Assembly (NCBI GenBank): GCA_963693365.1
Contig: CAVNZM010000005.1
Span: 12,609,728 to 12,673,727, forward strand
Source: Amoebidium appalachense
Lineage: Eukaryota > Protista > Ichthyosporea
Direction of reading: 5' to 3'
Length of the DNA: 64,000 bases
The position numbers and the translations under genes were made by a program. The notes below the pieces were generated by a model. That model was not told the DNA's origin. It saw only the letters and a program-made list of their open reading frames with translations, and did no database searches. This document shows positions 30,353 through 53,241 of the stretch, in pieces; positions within the stretch are counted from its first letter, which is position 1, and every line of letters begins with the position of its first letter.

Positions 30353-32629
30353 AGACACGTGCGTGCACGTGCTTAGGTGCGGAGGGTGTGGGTGAGCACT
30401 AAGGGGATACAGGGATGTGCTTTTCTGCGTGTGTGGTTGTTATGCTTGGGGTGAGTATTTTACTTATGAGCCCCAAATAGCGCTCCCTCAAGTGTCCACT
30501 CGCGCACACACACACACGTACACAGGCATGCACGCACACATGCGCGCGCACACACACACAGAGTGTGTGTGTTAGGGGGGAGGGGAGGGGGGGAGCTCGT
30601 GGTTACACCAACACAGCCATTCCTGTCAGAGCCAAGAAACACACATTTGCATGCCTTGAGCACGCAGAAGCCACAGTGTCACACGTCCGACTGCACACAC
30701 ACAGTTAAACACCAAACCACCCAGTACGTATTACGGGGAACGGAAGGCATGCTTTTTCAATCGTGATTATCTCCGTAAATTCATGAATTGTAGTTCCGCT
30801 GAGCTCTTGAAGTCCTAAATCGTTTACGAAGCAATTCAACATCATTTCACACGTTATGATTTGGCATCCCGTTCTCTACCTTGGTGATTCGTGCATAGTG
30901 TGCAGTAGTTGTGAATTCTTTTGGTTTTCAGGATTTTTTCTAAAGGCAAGCTTTGGGACTGTCAGGGAGAAGCAAAACTCGAATGTCGTTGTAGCTACTA
31001 TTTGCTCTTGCCACCGAGGCACTCAGTAAACCGTATGTGTTTGTGTGACTTTGAATAACACGCTATACATGTTGAATACATGGCAATTTTTTCATTTTGG
31101 GGGGATTTTGTAATTGTAAAATGTTTTGCAGTCCCCTTACATTGATATGTGTACAGAGTAAATACAACCATTAATTTACGACCAGTATCCAGTGTGCATC
31201 TTTACCTCTGTTATTGGATCCATTGCTCGAAACACAAGCGCGCACACACACACGTGCACACACACACACACCCGCGGACACACACACAAACACACACACA
31301 GACATGGGTACACGCCGCGCGCACAGAAACACACGGACACACACACTTACTACGAGCCACAAACAATTCGGGAAAATTCGGGCCGAAATAAGCAGAGGAC
31401 ATGCAGATAGAATCTCGTGAGAGACATGCGCATGGAAAGGGATTTGAAGAAGGAGCCTGGGGAGGGGGCACAAGGGCGTGAGGACCGGGACGCAGGGGTC
31501 ACCGAGGGCCCCGGGGGAGGAGGGGGGGGGGGGGGGGGGGGGGGGAACATTGCAACGATCAACGCTCCGACGGCGCGCGACTTGAAGCCGACAGCTTTAT
31601 ATACAAGTTGGCAGGATTGCACGTCAGCCAATAGGAACGTTCAACAGGGTGCTGGTGCGTTTGGATTGGATGATCACTCCGCCCACAATACCTATAGCTC
31701 ATCAGCTAAAAAGGATTTTAAACTTTGTTGTCGGCTAAAACAAGCTGCTATGATTGGATAAAGCATGCTACAATTTTTGTGTATTCCGACTAAATCATGA
31801 ATCGGTACGGTAAACAAGGAAATTCCTGATGTAGATATAGCGTTTAATAGATCTGAGCCATAAGTGAAGGTGCCTTGGCACCCCCTAAATCGGTGAATTT
31901 AGAAAACAAAATATTTTTAAAAGACCTGACAACTGTGTGAGTTCGGATGTTATATATATCCATGTATATTCAATTACCTATATAATAATACTATATATAA
32001 TAATAATATGGTTATAAATAATTAATGTGATTCGTTATGAAATAGAGCACCAGCACTTATGGCATTTTTTCAAGCTGAAATTTCATTAAAGAAATTCACG
32101 TAACAGAATTTCTGTTAAGGCGGTCACTTTGTGACTGTCACTTTGTGGTCCTGAGCGCCCTGAGGCTGGCAGTTTTAGTGTCGAACAAAAGCTGGAGGCA
32201 AAACGCAAGTAACTCTGAAACAGTGTGTAAACGGTTAGGCATTGTTTACGGGATTTCTCGGTATGTTTCTAAGCACGACACATGTGCTTTGACTCAGTCA
32301 CGGGTCGGCTAAACCGTGTGTGTTTGCTCCCCCATATCACCCCCTCCCACCCCCCCACCCCCCCACCCCAGCCTCCATGATCCCCCCACCCAACCCGGGC
32401 CCTAAACCCCTACCCACACGCACACACACACACACGCACACGTGCACACACACAGTATACGAGTAGCAAGTGCCCAACCAGCCATTTGAGGCATAAGTTC
32501 TTCACTTTAGTTTTCCAAGGACTAGAAAATATGCAGGCGGGTGTGTGTGCACCTAAACACATCCCCAGACAACCACACAGAGAAGGCTGTCACCCCATGT
32601 GTGTTCACTAGTGGGATACACACACGCAC

Positions 32630-32696
<67 letters not shown>

Positions 32697-32708
32697 TGCC
32701 AGACGAAT

Positions 32709-42170
<9,462 letters not shown>

Positions 42171-43502
42171 CGTCGCCACATATGGGGATGACGGGCGGGC
42201 AGCACCAGCAACGTGTACAAATGAAATCCGAAAACAGCACGAAAAAGGGAAAGGGGGGGGGGGGGGGGGGGGGGGGGGGAGGGCTTTGGTTTTTGGTCAT
42301 CAGCTGGGATGTCTGGGTCGGTTTTACTTGGAGTCGGTGGTGATAATGGCTTTGGGGGGGGGGGGGGGGGGGGGGGAGGGGGCAATTTTTTTTTCACCCA
42401 ATGAAAGCTTTAAAGTGTACTCCCAATCACGTGCAATGTTGTATAAAGGGGTTTTAGTACACTACCCAATTAAGGATTAGAATCGGCAACTTCGTCTAAT
42501 TGCGGCTGTTTGAAAGATCAAGGTGAGATTTGGCGCAATCACAATCGCAAGTTGATCCAAGTTGATCGGGCCTCGGCTGGATCTGGATCACGCCGATTAG
42601 ATTCAATTGAGAATCTAAGGTATTTAGTGGTTATTATACATGTGCCGCAGAGCACCTATTTTTGTAATCCAAAACTGTCATTTTGCCAATAAAGGACTTG
42701 TATTAAACATTCCCCTCTGTGCATGCCTGTGTGCTTGTGTGGTATCGCGGATTTTTTTTTGATAAGGTCGTCTATTCTTGGTCACGCACACATGTACAGC
42801 GGCAGTTTGTGAGTGTGTGTGTGTCGCGGTGTGTATGCGTGTGTGCGCTCGCATGTGCATGTATGTGTGACGTGTGTGTCACGGTGTGTATGCATGTGCA
42901 TAGTATTGCATGTATGCGTGTGTGCTCCCGTGATGTGTACACACGTGTGGTATGCCACAGCGCGTGTGCCGTGTGCGCACGGATGTATGTGTCTGTACGT
43001 GTGCATATGCACTTCCTGGACCAGTTGTTGGCCGGATGGTACTACGCGTGTGCGCACGTAGTACTACGTGTGTGATCATAATTGCACAGTATTATGCAAG
43101 GTGTAATCGTCGTGGCCATGGAAACCGTGGTGTGTAAATGTGCAGCCTGTGTGTGCATGTGTGGTGTGTGCGAAATATATTACATTAGTTAATTCAAATT
43201 TCACACGAAATTTACATGTACATTCGTCGTACGTGAGTACTTAAAGTTGTGTGGGTGTAGCTGCACGTGTGCATATTCCGGCTTTTTAAAAAAAAATTAC
43301 ATTTACAACTTCTACTTTAAATTTTTTTTTTTGGTTTTATGCTTTATTTATTGGTTTTATTTTTTGGTTTATATGCATTGCGGTGTATTCATATACTATA
43401 TATAGTGCACGTCCGCTTGCTTTATCACATGCCCTATAAGCTTGGAGTGGGTGTGTAGTCATGAGTTTTTTTACATGCTCTAAGGAATGGGTGTACATGT
43501 GT

Positions 43503-43787
43503 CATAAGCAGAGCCTATCCTCAGGGATGCTCGAGTTTCGGCCCCTAAGCCCGCGTATATACGACTCTTTCAACTCAGACAGCAGCATCAACTGAACTTG
43601 GGCGGGTCAACCCGTCTTGATCAAAGACGAGCAGGGTTGCTATGCAAGCAAGGTGAGCAAAACGGCGAAGATGTGGGTGAGCAAAACTATCATCTCTGAG
43701 CATGCAGCAAGAAATACGTATGGGCTTACAAATGCACGACACAGAGCAACCATGCCCGGTTGCATGGAAGTAAAAGTATATCCACAC
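43503..43787 (+). mobile_element. Second long copy of the dispersed repeat family
   Basis: Closely matches 9600-9890 and ends next to a poly-G tract. Confidence 0.8.
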
Positions 43788-43790
43788 AAA

Positions 43791-43823
<33 letters not shown>

Positions 43824-44228
43824 TAGTATTGTGTATCAAGCATATGCTCATGTCATGGTTACTATATTTGGTCATATGCTTGCAGGCAGCCAGGCCCGAG
43901 CCAATCATCACACAGCGCCCCCATATTGCCCTAATATGGTAAATCTCTTAGCACACCTGAACACGATAATATTTCTTTGACATACAAAAAATAGACCACC
44001 TACCCAACGCAAAAACACGGGGTACTAGAGAGCAATGCTCGTTAACATAATAACTGCCACGCTTAGCATACCGCCGTGACGCATTATAACTTTAGCCCAG
44101 GCGCACACATCGTAACATATCGAAAACGAACAAAATCGATAGTCGGCTGCTCGGATGACAGTCTGAACATCTGCCAGCAACCGTTTATTTGCTACTAGAA
44201 GGACATCAGCAAAGAAGCCCCCTATCCC

Positions 44229-44268
<40 letters not shown>

Positions 44269-44291
44269 ATCCCACCCCAACAACGCACACA

Positions 44292-44401
<110 letters not shown>

Positions 44402-44756
44402 TACGTATATCGAACATGCGCGTCGGTACGTGCACTCTCCAATTCGGCATACCCCAGCGGTATTAATATTTACGTTCACTAAAAACACCAAAATACGGAT
44501 AGAAGACCCAGAAAGCCCCCCACGCCAAAACCGAAAATCCCACCACCCTTCCGTTGCCGGCTGCTTAAAAACACATCAGCTCACGACGATGTGATCTTGT
44601 GCCCACAACTACGGAGACGTGGAGTGTTAGCAAACTGCCATCCGTGTGTGCACGGTGTAGCGGTGCATGCACGTGCGCGTGTGTGGCGCCTGTCGTGTAC
44701 GTGTGTAAATGTGTGTGTGTGTGTGTGTGTGTGTGCATGTGTGCGTGCGTGCGTGC

Positions 44757-44797
<41 letters not shown>

Positions 44798-45401
44798 TGA
44801 ATGCATGGGATCTGTGTGCGCGCGCGCGTGTGTGTGTGTATGTGTGTGTATGTGTGTGTGTGTGCATGGGCGCGTGCGTGCGTGTGTGCGTGTGTGCATT
44901 TGTGTGTGCATGCGTACGTGTGTGTGTGTGTGTGCGCGCGCGCACTGATGTGTGTGCGTGCGTATGTGTGTGAGTGTGTGTCGAGAAGTGTGTGTGTCGA
45001 GAGTATATTTGCACGTGTGCTTGCACCTGGTGGGTTAAGTGTGCACGTGCGTTCTTGTGTGCCTGTGCATGTGACCTTGGTTGTGTGTGGGGGGGGGGAT
45101 AGTAGGCTAACAGTTGAAACAATCTAAATGAACAGCAAATGCTGCGGGTATGCAAAAAGGAAAAACAAACTGAGTCTGCAACATAAGTCGAGCCAGTCCC
45201 CAGTCGGAAGAATCAAAAAGAGGTGCGTGTGCGTGTGTGCGTGCGTGCATGTGTATGTGTGTTTGTGTGCAGGCGCGCGCGCGCGCGTGCGCGTGTGTGT
45301 TTTTTTTTTAGTGGCAAGCCAAAAAAGGCCATGAACGTCGACTGTGGAAAATGTGCCTAATACTAGCCGGAAAGGGAAGGGAGGGGAGCACGAGGCAGGT
45401 T

Positions 45402-45442
<41 letters not shown>

Positions 45443-45518
45443 GTGCATGTGCTGTGGTGTTCACTGGGTGGGTTTTGTGTGCAAGTGTATGTGTGTGCGT
45501 GTGCGCGCTCGCGCGCGC

Positions 45519-45632
<114 letters not shown>

Positions 45633-46228
45633 ATGCGTATGTGTTTTCATGCGATTTTGGGTAGGGAAGGACCTCTCAACATAAAACAATGCTCCAAAGT
45701 CCAAGCACAAATAGCTGCACAACAATAAAAAAATGTGCAGGAAAAGGTGTGTGCATGTTTGTACATGCGTGTGCACCTCACCCGATAGGGCAGGGCAGGG
45801 CAGGGCAGGGCAGGGCAGGGCAGGCAGGCGGGTGGGTGGGCGGTGGGGGGTGGGGGAGAGGAGGAAGGAGGGAGGGAGGGAGGGGGGGGGGGGGGGGGGG
45901 GGGGATGTGGAGCACGAGAACACACGATAAGCAAGCCGGTTTAGGACATCTGCAAATGCAAACATTCAAAGTATGCAACATCAGAAACCTTTGGGAGATT
46001 GGGGGGGGCATTGCGTGTGAGTTTCAATCCCCTCGAAGGAAAGGGGGTGTTTTTAGTGCTGCTTGTGTTCACACATGTTGGAGACTGGGGCCAAGGGTTA
46101 GAGTGTGTTTGAGAAGAGAGAGGGAGAGAGAGTGTGTGTGTTTTGGCGCGGGGGGGAAGGGGGGGGGGGGGGGGGGGAGGGGGAGGGGGAGGAAAGGAGG
46201 GAGGGGGAAGGGGGAGGAAAGGCACCTG

Positions 46229-46828
46229 CTAGCACGTAGCCCCTTTGCTCTCCAGTCTCGCCTTCAACTCTCTCTGTCTCTCCTCCAGCACTCTCACCCT
46301 CTCCCTCCCCTCCACCACCATCCGCGTCTGTGTCACCACCCCCTCCTCCATCCCCGCCTCACACACCAACGCCCACATGCCCCTCACCCGCTCCTCCTCC
46401 ATATACCCCGCCACCACTCTATCGATCCCATTTGGAAATTCAGCCGGAATAACCTCGGTTTCCTGAGAGAAAGAAACCTTCCTCTCTCTCCTGTGATGCG
46501 TAGGGGGTGCAACGCCCATCCCCAGCTCCAAATCTCTCAATCTCTCCCACAACAAAGCCCTTTTCGCCTCCGTTTTCGCCAACCTTCCCTCGATCTTTTT
46601 CTGATCAGCAAGGTCTTCCGCAAGCGTAGGAGCAAGACTCTCCCCGTGCACACCAATGAACAGAGGGGAGTCACGTACAGGCACAGCCTCTGTTTTTGCC
46701 CTGGGGGGGGGCATGGGTGTGTCCATGTCTGGGTCTGCCTCTACCTCCACTACAAGGGGTGGTTCGTCGCTGAAACTCACACGACGGTGGAGCGTCATGC
46801 TGGAGGTGTCGAGAAGTGTTGCTGTCAT
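46229..46828 (-). CDS. 199-aa protein with two RVxF motifs and two coiled-coil segments; candidate PP1 regulatory subunit
   Basis: The ATG lies in a GCCACCATG context just after an acceptor-like TTTTCACAG. RRVSFSDEPPLVV and RKVSFSQETEVIP are each followed by a charged helical segment (KKIEGRLAKTEAKRALLWERLRDLE; RVRVLEERQRELKARLE). Additional upstream exons are possible. Confidence 0.7.
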   Translation of the reverse strand: MTATLLDTSSMTLHRRVSFSDEPPLVVEVEADPDMDTPMPPPRAKTEAVPVRDSPLFIGVHGESLAPTLAEDLADQKKIEGRLAKTEAKRALLWERLRDLELGMGVAPPTHHRRERKVSFSQETEVIPAEFPNGIDRVVAGYMEEERVRGMWALVCEAGMEEGVVTQTRMVVEGRERVRVLEERQRELKARLESKGATC

Positions 46829-47683
46829 GGTGGCTGTGAAAAGGGGCGGAGAGGGGGGGGGGAAGGAGATGCGGGGAGGGGAATTTGGGGTGGGGGGAGG
46901 GGGGGGGGGGGGGGGGGAAAGGCCGAGATGGAGGGGGGGAGGGGGGGGGGGGGTGGGGGGAGGGGTGAAGGAGGGAGGTAAGAATGTTTCATATAGACGA
47001 AGTGCACATTCATGATGGGCGGCACAATGCAGAGTGCAGGGCACACTGAAAGAGTACACATCGTAAGCAGAGCACATCCTCCGGATGGGGGGGGGGGGGG
47101 AGGGGGGGGGGGGTGCGGGGGCAAGTCATCCAAAGTACCCGAAGGAAAGAGGGGGAAAAGGGGGGGGAGGGGGGGGGGGGGGCAAGTCATCCAAGGTTAG
47201 AATGCAAGCATGGTGCGAAGCACAACTACACGATTAGAAACCCTCTGCAGGACACATGCACAAGCAGACACGTAAGTGTGCAACATCAGCAAGGCGTAGT
47301 TTTGAGTCACATGCAGAGCCCACCCTCAGGTGGGGGGAGATGAGGGAGGGAGGGAGGGGAGGGGGGGGGGGGGGGGGGGGGGAGTGGGGAGAGAGAGAGA
47401 GAGAGGGCTAGATAGAGAGAGACAGGGGGGAGGGGGGGGGGGGGGGGGGAGAGAAAGAAGAGGGTTGCTGAGGTTGAGGCATAGTATTTACCAGGTGTGG
47501 ATTGCATGTACACAAGAATATACCCCCATGAACACAAAGTGGTGGGCACATGAACACATGAGAGAGTGGGGCACACTGCAGTGAGGGTTGTGGAGAGAGC
47601 AGACCATGTGGATAGCGAGGGGAGGAACACTGAACACCCCTTCACCACCACAAAGGTTGATCCTTGTGACTGCATTGCCCCGA

Positions 47684-47720
<37 letters not shown>

Positions 47721-47919
47721 CACACACACACACACCCTCCCCCCTTCCCCTCCCCCCACCCTTCTCCAGCACACACACAACTCTAAATGATAATATGTGG
47801 CATGCTAGCAAAAAGTCTCAAGCGAGAAACGACGGGTGAACGAGTAAGAGCGGGAAGGGTACAGAGAGCTTGTGTGTGTGTGTGTGTGTGTGTGTTGGGG
47901 GGAGGGGGGAGGGAGGGGA

Positions 47920-47950
<31 letters not shown>

Positions 47951-50715
47951 AGGGGGGGGGGGAACAGCAACCAGCCCATGCACTATCACTTCTATCATAC
48001 TCAGCCTTGCACAGAAGCTAGTGTATAAACACACAGCTAACACACAAAGAATTCCGAAAAGAAAAATCAAACTAGCGCACGAAGCCACGAAAAAGGGGTC
48101 AATATAGGTAATTGCTTCTGCGTCAAAAAGCAAAACGACCAAAGACAAAGCTTGACTGCATGAAAAACAGTAAACCTCACTTCTTTCGCCGTTTTTGTAC
48201 ACCAATTCACGTTGTGCCTTCATGCATCCTAACCATCCTGCCCTGGGAGGGGCTATGAAGTGAACAACCGTGCAAGAGAAAGAAAACTGAATCTGGAGCA
48301 AACCAAGCACAGACGATATAGACGAAATAGTGAGAAATGAAAGGAGGTGGGGAAAAGTCTTGAGTTGTATTTGTGCTGGGTAGCCAGCTGTCAAGAAAAC
48401 ACCAGAAGCTGGCCGCCAGCAAACAAACGAAACGTAAAAACTGGTATGCTGTTAATACTCCACCCTGCAAAAACCTGATCAAAAAACAGCAGATGCAGAC
48501 AATCAATACATCCAAGAACAGAAACGCACTTGGCACTGGTCAACATGCAAAAACGTGCGTACAAAAACAAACAACACCTTTATTCAACCCCATCCACTCG
48601 CCACACCCTCCAGCACGCACACACACTTGCATCAGGGCAAGAACGCACGAGCGCAAGGAACACACACGCGCTCACGCCCACATACACACGCCCACATACG
48701 CACACACGCCATGCACACCTCAAACCAAGGAAATCGTGCACACATACACGGCAAGGAGCCACCCACCTCTGCAAACAACCCTCCTCCTAATTTCCCCCAT
48801 TCCACCCCTTCCTTTCTCCCCCATTCCTTTCATCCAGAATATTTGTACATTCCACTCCACTATTCGTTGAATGCATACAAAACAGCACCACACGACCACC
48901 TTAGTGGCCTGAGAAAACACGTGTACCCTTATGCTTTAAATGCTCAAGAAACGGACACACTACTTAGCCCCAGCGTAACTTGACGAAGAGTGACAAGCAC
49001 CACAGAAGCACATCAAACAGCAACCCCAATCAAAAAGATTAGTAGGCACAGAGCAAGCCGATAACATGGCGCGCCACTTACCCTTTCTTTTGCCAGTGGC
49101 TCCTTTCGTCTCTTCGAATTTCCTGCCTTATCTCACCTTGGCTTCTTATAAACAGCACAACCGCTTGAAATTCGCACAGAATTACAGCTGAAGCCCTAGC
49201 GCACTAGCTCTCACGTCAATAGCGCTATAATCCCTTTAAACCTCTATCAATACACCCCTTTTCTCACCTAAAGTTAGTTAGTTTTACCCTACCGCTACTT
49301 CCACGAAACTGTAAATGTGAAGAGGCCTGGTTGCGGTTAGAGGGTTGACCTGTCAACAAACTACGCACTGGTATCTCCATAGACAGATGGGCAATCTGGG
49401 GTGAACAAGGCGCCATTTCAAAAAAAAAAAAAAAAAGAAGTGCCACACCCCAAAGAAAAACAGAATTCTCTTTGACCAAGCTTGACTCCGAGTGACCATG
49501 TCATCCATGCACACAATAATAACGTATGCTGAGGATTGGGTGCAACATGCGTTCAAATTGTGATAATAAAGCACCAAATAAACATGTGTACCATTGTGTT
49601 ATACATCTTGGTGCAGAACATGTGTGCAACAGCACAGCTTGTCATGAATGTTCTATTCAAGGCAGCGGAACAACCCAAGTCTTTGCTCTACATATCTACC
49701 TGGGACTCTAACAAAGTTCGCCCACGAGGCTACCGAGACTCTGAATAAGAGTCTATAACAACCATGCAAATTGGGGCTGCCCCTGCGACACCATTCCACC
49801 TGACGCAGGAACCTTAATATTTTACAGTCAGTCACACCCTGTCGTTTGTTCGTGTTCGTGTTCGTGTTCGTGCTGCTGTGGGTTGACAGACACTTATAAA
49901 AGGCTTGCGGTTAGCTCTTGTTGCTACAATTTTTTTCCCCGCACAATAGTTGACGGCGTTGGCTACGCCTTGTTTGTGTTCACTCGGCGACCTGGATTCC
50001 TTTTGTGAGTGCATAGCCATCTTGCTGCCTGACCCCACCAGAAAAGGTTCGTCATTACTCGCCAAAACCGGTACTGGATTCTGCTCCACTCATAGAGGCG
50101 TCTCCGCCCCCAACCCTTCACGGCAGCAAAAGCAAAACTGAAACCTCGCTGCTACAAAAGTCTCGTTCTACCACGGCACTGGTTCCATCCATCCGTCTCC
50201 GCTCAACATGAACCCCACCCGCATCCTTGCCACCCTCATCGCCCTCTCCGTGTGTGGCACCGCACACGCCGGGCCGCTGACCGCCGCCTTTGCTTTGGCC
50301 ATTACGATCAGCGGTCTACTTCTGCACACAAAAAAACGTGAAAAATGGCACTGTTGGCATATCAAGTGCCATAAGCCCAACGGCTTCAAACAATATATTT
50401 GCATATACGTATCATCTTGAAGGACTGGACATACCAGCTGTACGATAGTTATTAACGTCCAAAGATGATGTGGCTTTACCAATAGCTTTAAATTTTTTAC
50501 TGGGTCTGCCCCTGCAACAGTAGTAAACTGTGGCCGAGCACGCTACTATCATGCACGACTGTGCGCTCGACCTTGGGCCACGCATAACATTCTCAGGACA
50601 GTTTCAATTGTAGGCGACTGACACAGCACTTGCTTGTGCGTCTTTCTAGCCTACAGATGTTCATAAGGACTCTCCTATGCCATGTTCAGGATATGTAGCA
50701 TATAAATACCCTTCC

Positions 50716-51039
50716 TCAAACCCTATTGATGGCTATGTGCTTTATCTTTCCGCCCTCCTCAAAGTCAAAAGCAGCCAGCAGGCTCACACCGACAAAGCCC
50801 ACCTTCACCTTCCCAGGTATCACTACCTTCCCATTTGCCGCATCAAAACTGGGTGCCTCCCATGTTCCATTAGGTTTTGTTTTCTCGAGGTATTCTCTCA
50901 CGGCAGCCTTGCCTGTGTGTGTTCCTTCTCGTGGGGTCTCAATAACGATATCGTCAGTTAGAAAAGAGAGACAGGCGTCTGTTTGGCTGGCTAGTCGGTG
51001 GTTCATGTACTGCTGTGCCGTGCTCAGATGGGCAGCCAT
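50716..51039 (-). CDS. SnoaL-like / NTF2-fold small protein, 107 aa, intronless
   Basis: Pattern typical of SnoaL-like proteins: DACLSFLTDDIVIETP..THTGKAAVREYL ... FDFEEGGKIKHI. Confidence 0.8.
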   Translation of the reverse strand: MAAHLSTAQQYMNHRLASQTDACLSFLTDDIVIETPREGTHTGKAAVREYLEKTKPNGTWEAPSFDAANGKVVIPGKVKVGFVGVSLLAAFDFEEGGKIKHIAINRV

Positions 51040-51117
51040 GTTGTTCGTGGGGCAGCGTGTACGAGGGTAGGTGGGCTTGGCGGAAGAATTAGCAAGTGAT
51101 GTTGAGGGCTAAACGCC

Positions 51118-51290
51118 GTATATAAGGGGTTTGCGACTCGGATATGAATACACTGAAGGTTAGCCTTTCTATCCACAACAGGTCAGTGACGTCATGGCAT
51201 GCACAAAATGTAAACACGCGGAAGCCACTGATTGGCTGTGCGTTTTAACTTCGTGAATAAGTTTACCATATATGGTTCAAGGTCTTATCA
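51118..51290 (-). promoter_or_regulatory. Putative promoter of the SnoaL-like gene: TATA (51118-51126), palindromic CRE TGACGTCA (51187-51194), CCAAT (51231-51235), WGATAA (about 51284-51290)
   Basis: Motifs in plausible order and spacing upstream of the ATG. Motif match only. Confidence 0.5.
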
Positions 51291-52236
51291 CAAAATGCTT
51301 TGATTGGTTCTGTGTTGTTCAGTGCAGCTCGATTTCCACACTCGCGAGTGTGCATGCAGCATGAATCAGCTGCATGATATGATGTCTCTGCAGCTGAGTC
51401 ACCACACACTCAAAAAGCAAGCGCTTTGTCATGATGAGAGTCGTCAACTTTCACGCACCTACACAATACTTTGCAATGTGCGTGCCTGCCGCTAGGCTTG
51501 CTATGTAACTAATGAATACTTGTATTCCACACATCTGTGAGTCCATAATAAACATGTGGCACACACGGCTTCTGGGTCGAGTCACCAGTACCAGCTAGTC
51601 ATGATCAGTGACCATCGGATTACATGTGCCGCGACGCCGTGCACAAATCTACCACCTGCTGAGGCGGTGTCTCCCTTTTCTTTTCTTTTTTTTTTTTTTT
51701 TTTTTTGCCGCCTCAAGTAGATGTATAACGTCGCACGTGCGGCAACACGTCAGTACATGTTAGTGCACAAATGGGCACTCCGGGAATGATGGCCGCTTTT
51801 GTTATAGAGAGGTATGTGGCGGTTTCCAAGTTCTTATCTTTCTTTCAGGTGGCTCCATGTGTTTTCTTTTCACCTATGTATTAGTGTTCTTTGCCCTCCC
51901 TGGAAGTCTTCCCTCCCCCACATTTTAAACTACTATTTTTCTCAATTTGATTGCATGCTTACAGCGAGCTGACCCGGGGCCCTCGGCCCCTACCCTTCCC
52001 CCGGGCCATTTTCACAGTGTATACCGGTAGTTCACTAGTTATTGCCCCTCAAGTCAACTGGCATATTCCCCAGCGATCGAAATTCCCAAAAAAAAGTTTG
52101 GGAATTTCCCAAACTTTTTTTTCTGGATTCCCAAAGAACCTCCGGCGATTGGAGGGGCCCCGGCGGAGGAGAGGGAGGGGAGGGGGAGGGTGGAGGGGGA
52201 CTGGGTGGGGAGGGAGGGGGGGGGGGGGGGGGGAAA

Positions 52237-52275
<39 letters not shown>

Positions 52276-52371
52276 GGGGGAGGAGGGGGATTCGAGTGGG
52301 TAAAGTGGACTGTGCACGTGGGTGAATATTGGTGCCCATGGCCAACATGGACCGAGGGGCCCGGGGCTCCG

Positions 52372-52411
<40 letters not shown>

Positions 52412-53082
52412 GGGGGGGTTGTTGAGGTGGGAGGCCGGAACGGGGAGGGGGGCAGGTTTCGGGCCGTGAGTGGGTACCACAGTGGGTCGACACGGCCGGC
52501 GGGCGAAGATCTAGAGGGGGTAGGCGAGAAGGGCCTTGATCATGCATGACCGTTTGCTTGCACGCCCCGGAGGATTTTCCCAAAGCTTTTCCCAAAGTTT
52601 TTTTTGGCAAATCCCAAACAAATTGGACCCTACCCCAAAGTCACAAAAACAGAAATCGAACCCTGATATTCCCTTCCTTATTAGTAGGAGTTCGCTCTCC
52701 TACTAATAGTAGGCCCCTAGATCTCGAGATCTCCGGATCCCGGATGGGCCTAAAATCCCTTCCCCTTGAGATGCCATAGTTTCCTAGCCAGTGAATGCTC
52801 ATCCATCCATGTGCCTTTGAAACATGTGTAGCTTCTCTTATTCAATCTGGGCCCCAGCAACAGCACAAGCACCAGCACCAGCACCAGCAGTACCTAGGTG
52901 ATCAATGACATGACCACAACCACCACGGTGACCAATTTCGCCGAGACAAAAACACACGCGCGCACACGCACATACCTTGACACGCACACACACAACGTGG
53001 CACACGTCGTGGCACACGTACACTAACACAGATCTAACGTGAACTCGCACACACACACACACAGACACACACACGCACACAC

Positions 53083-53241
<159 letters not shown>

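Noticed and set aside
49832-50482. Short ORFs including a signal-peptide-like MNPTRILATLIALSV
   Set aside because: Overlapping frames on both strands, no recognisable family and no consistent exon chain.
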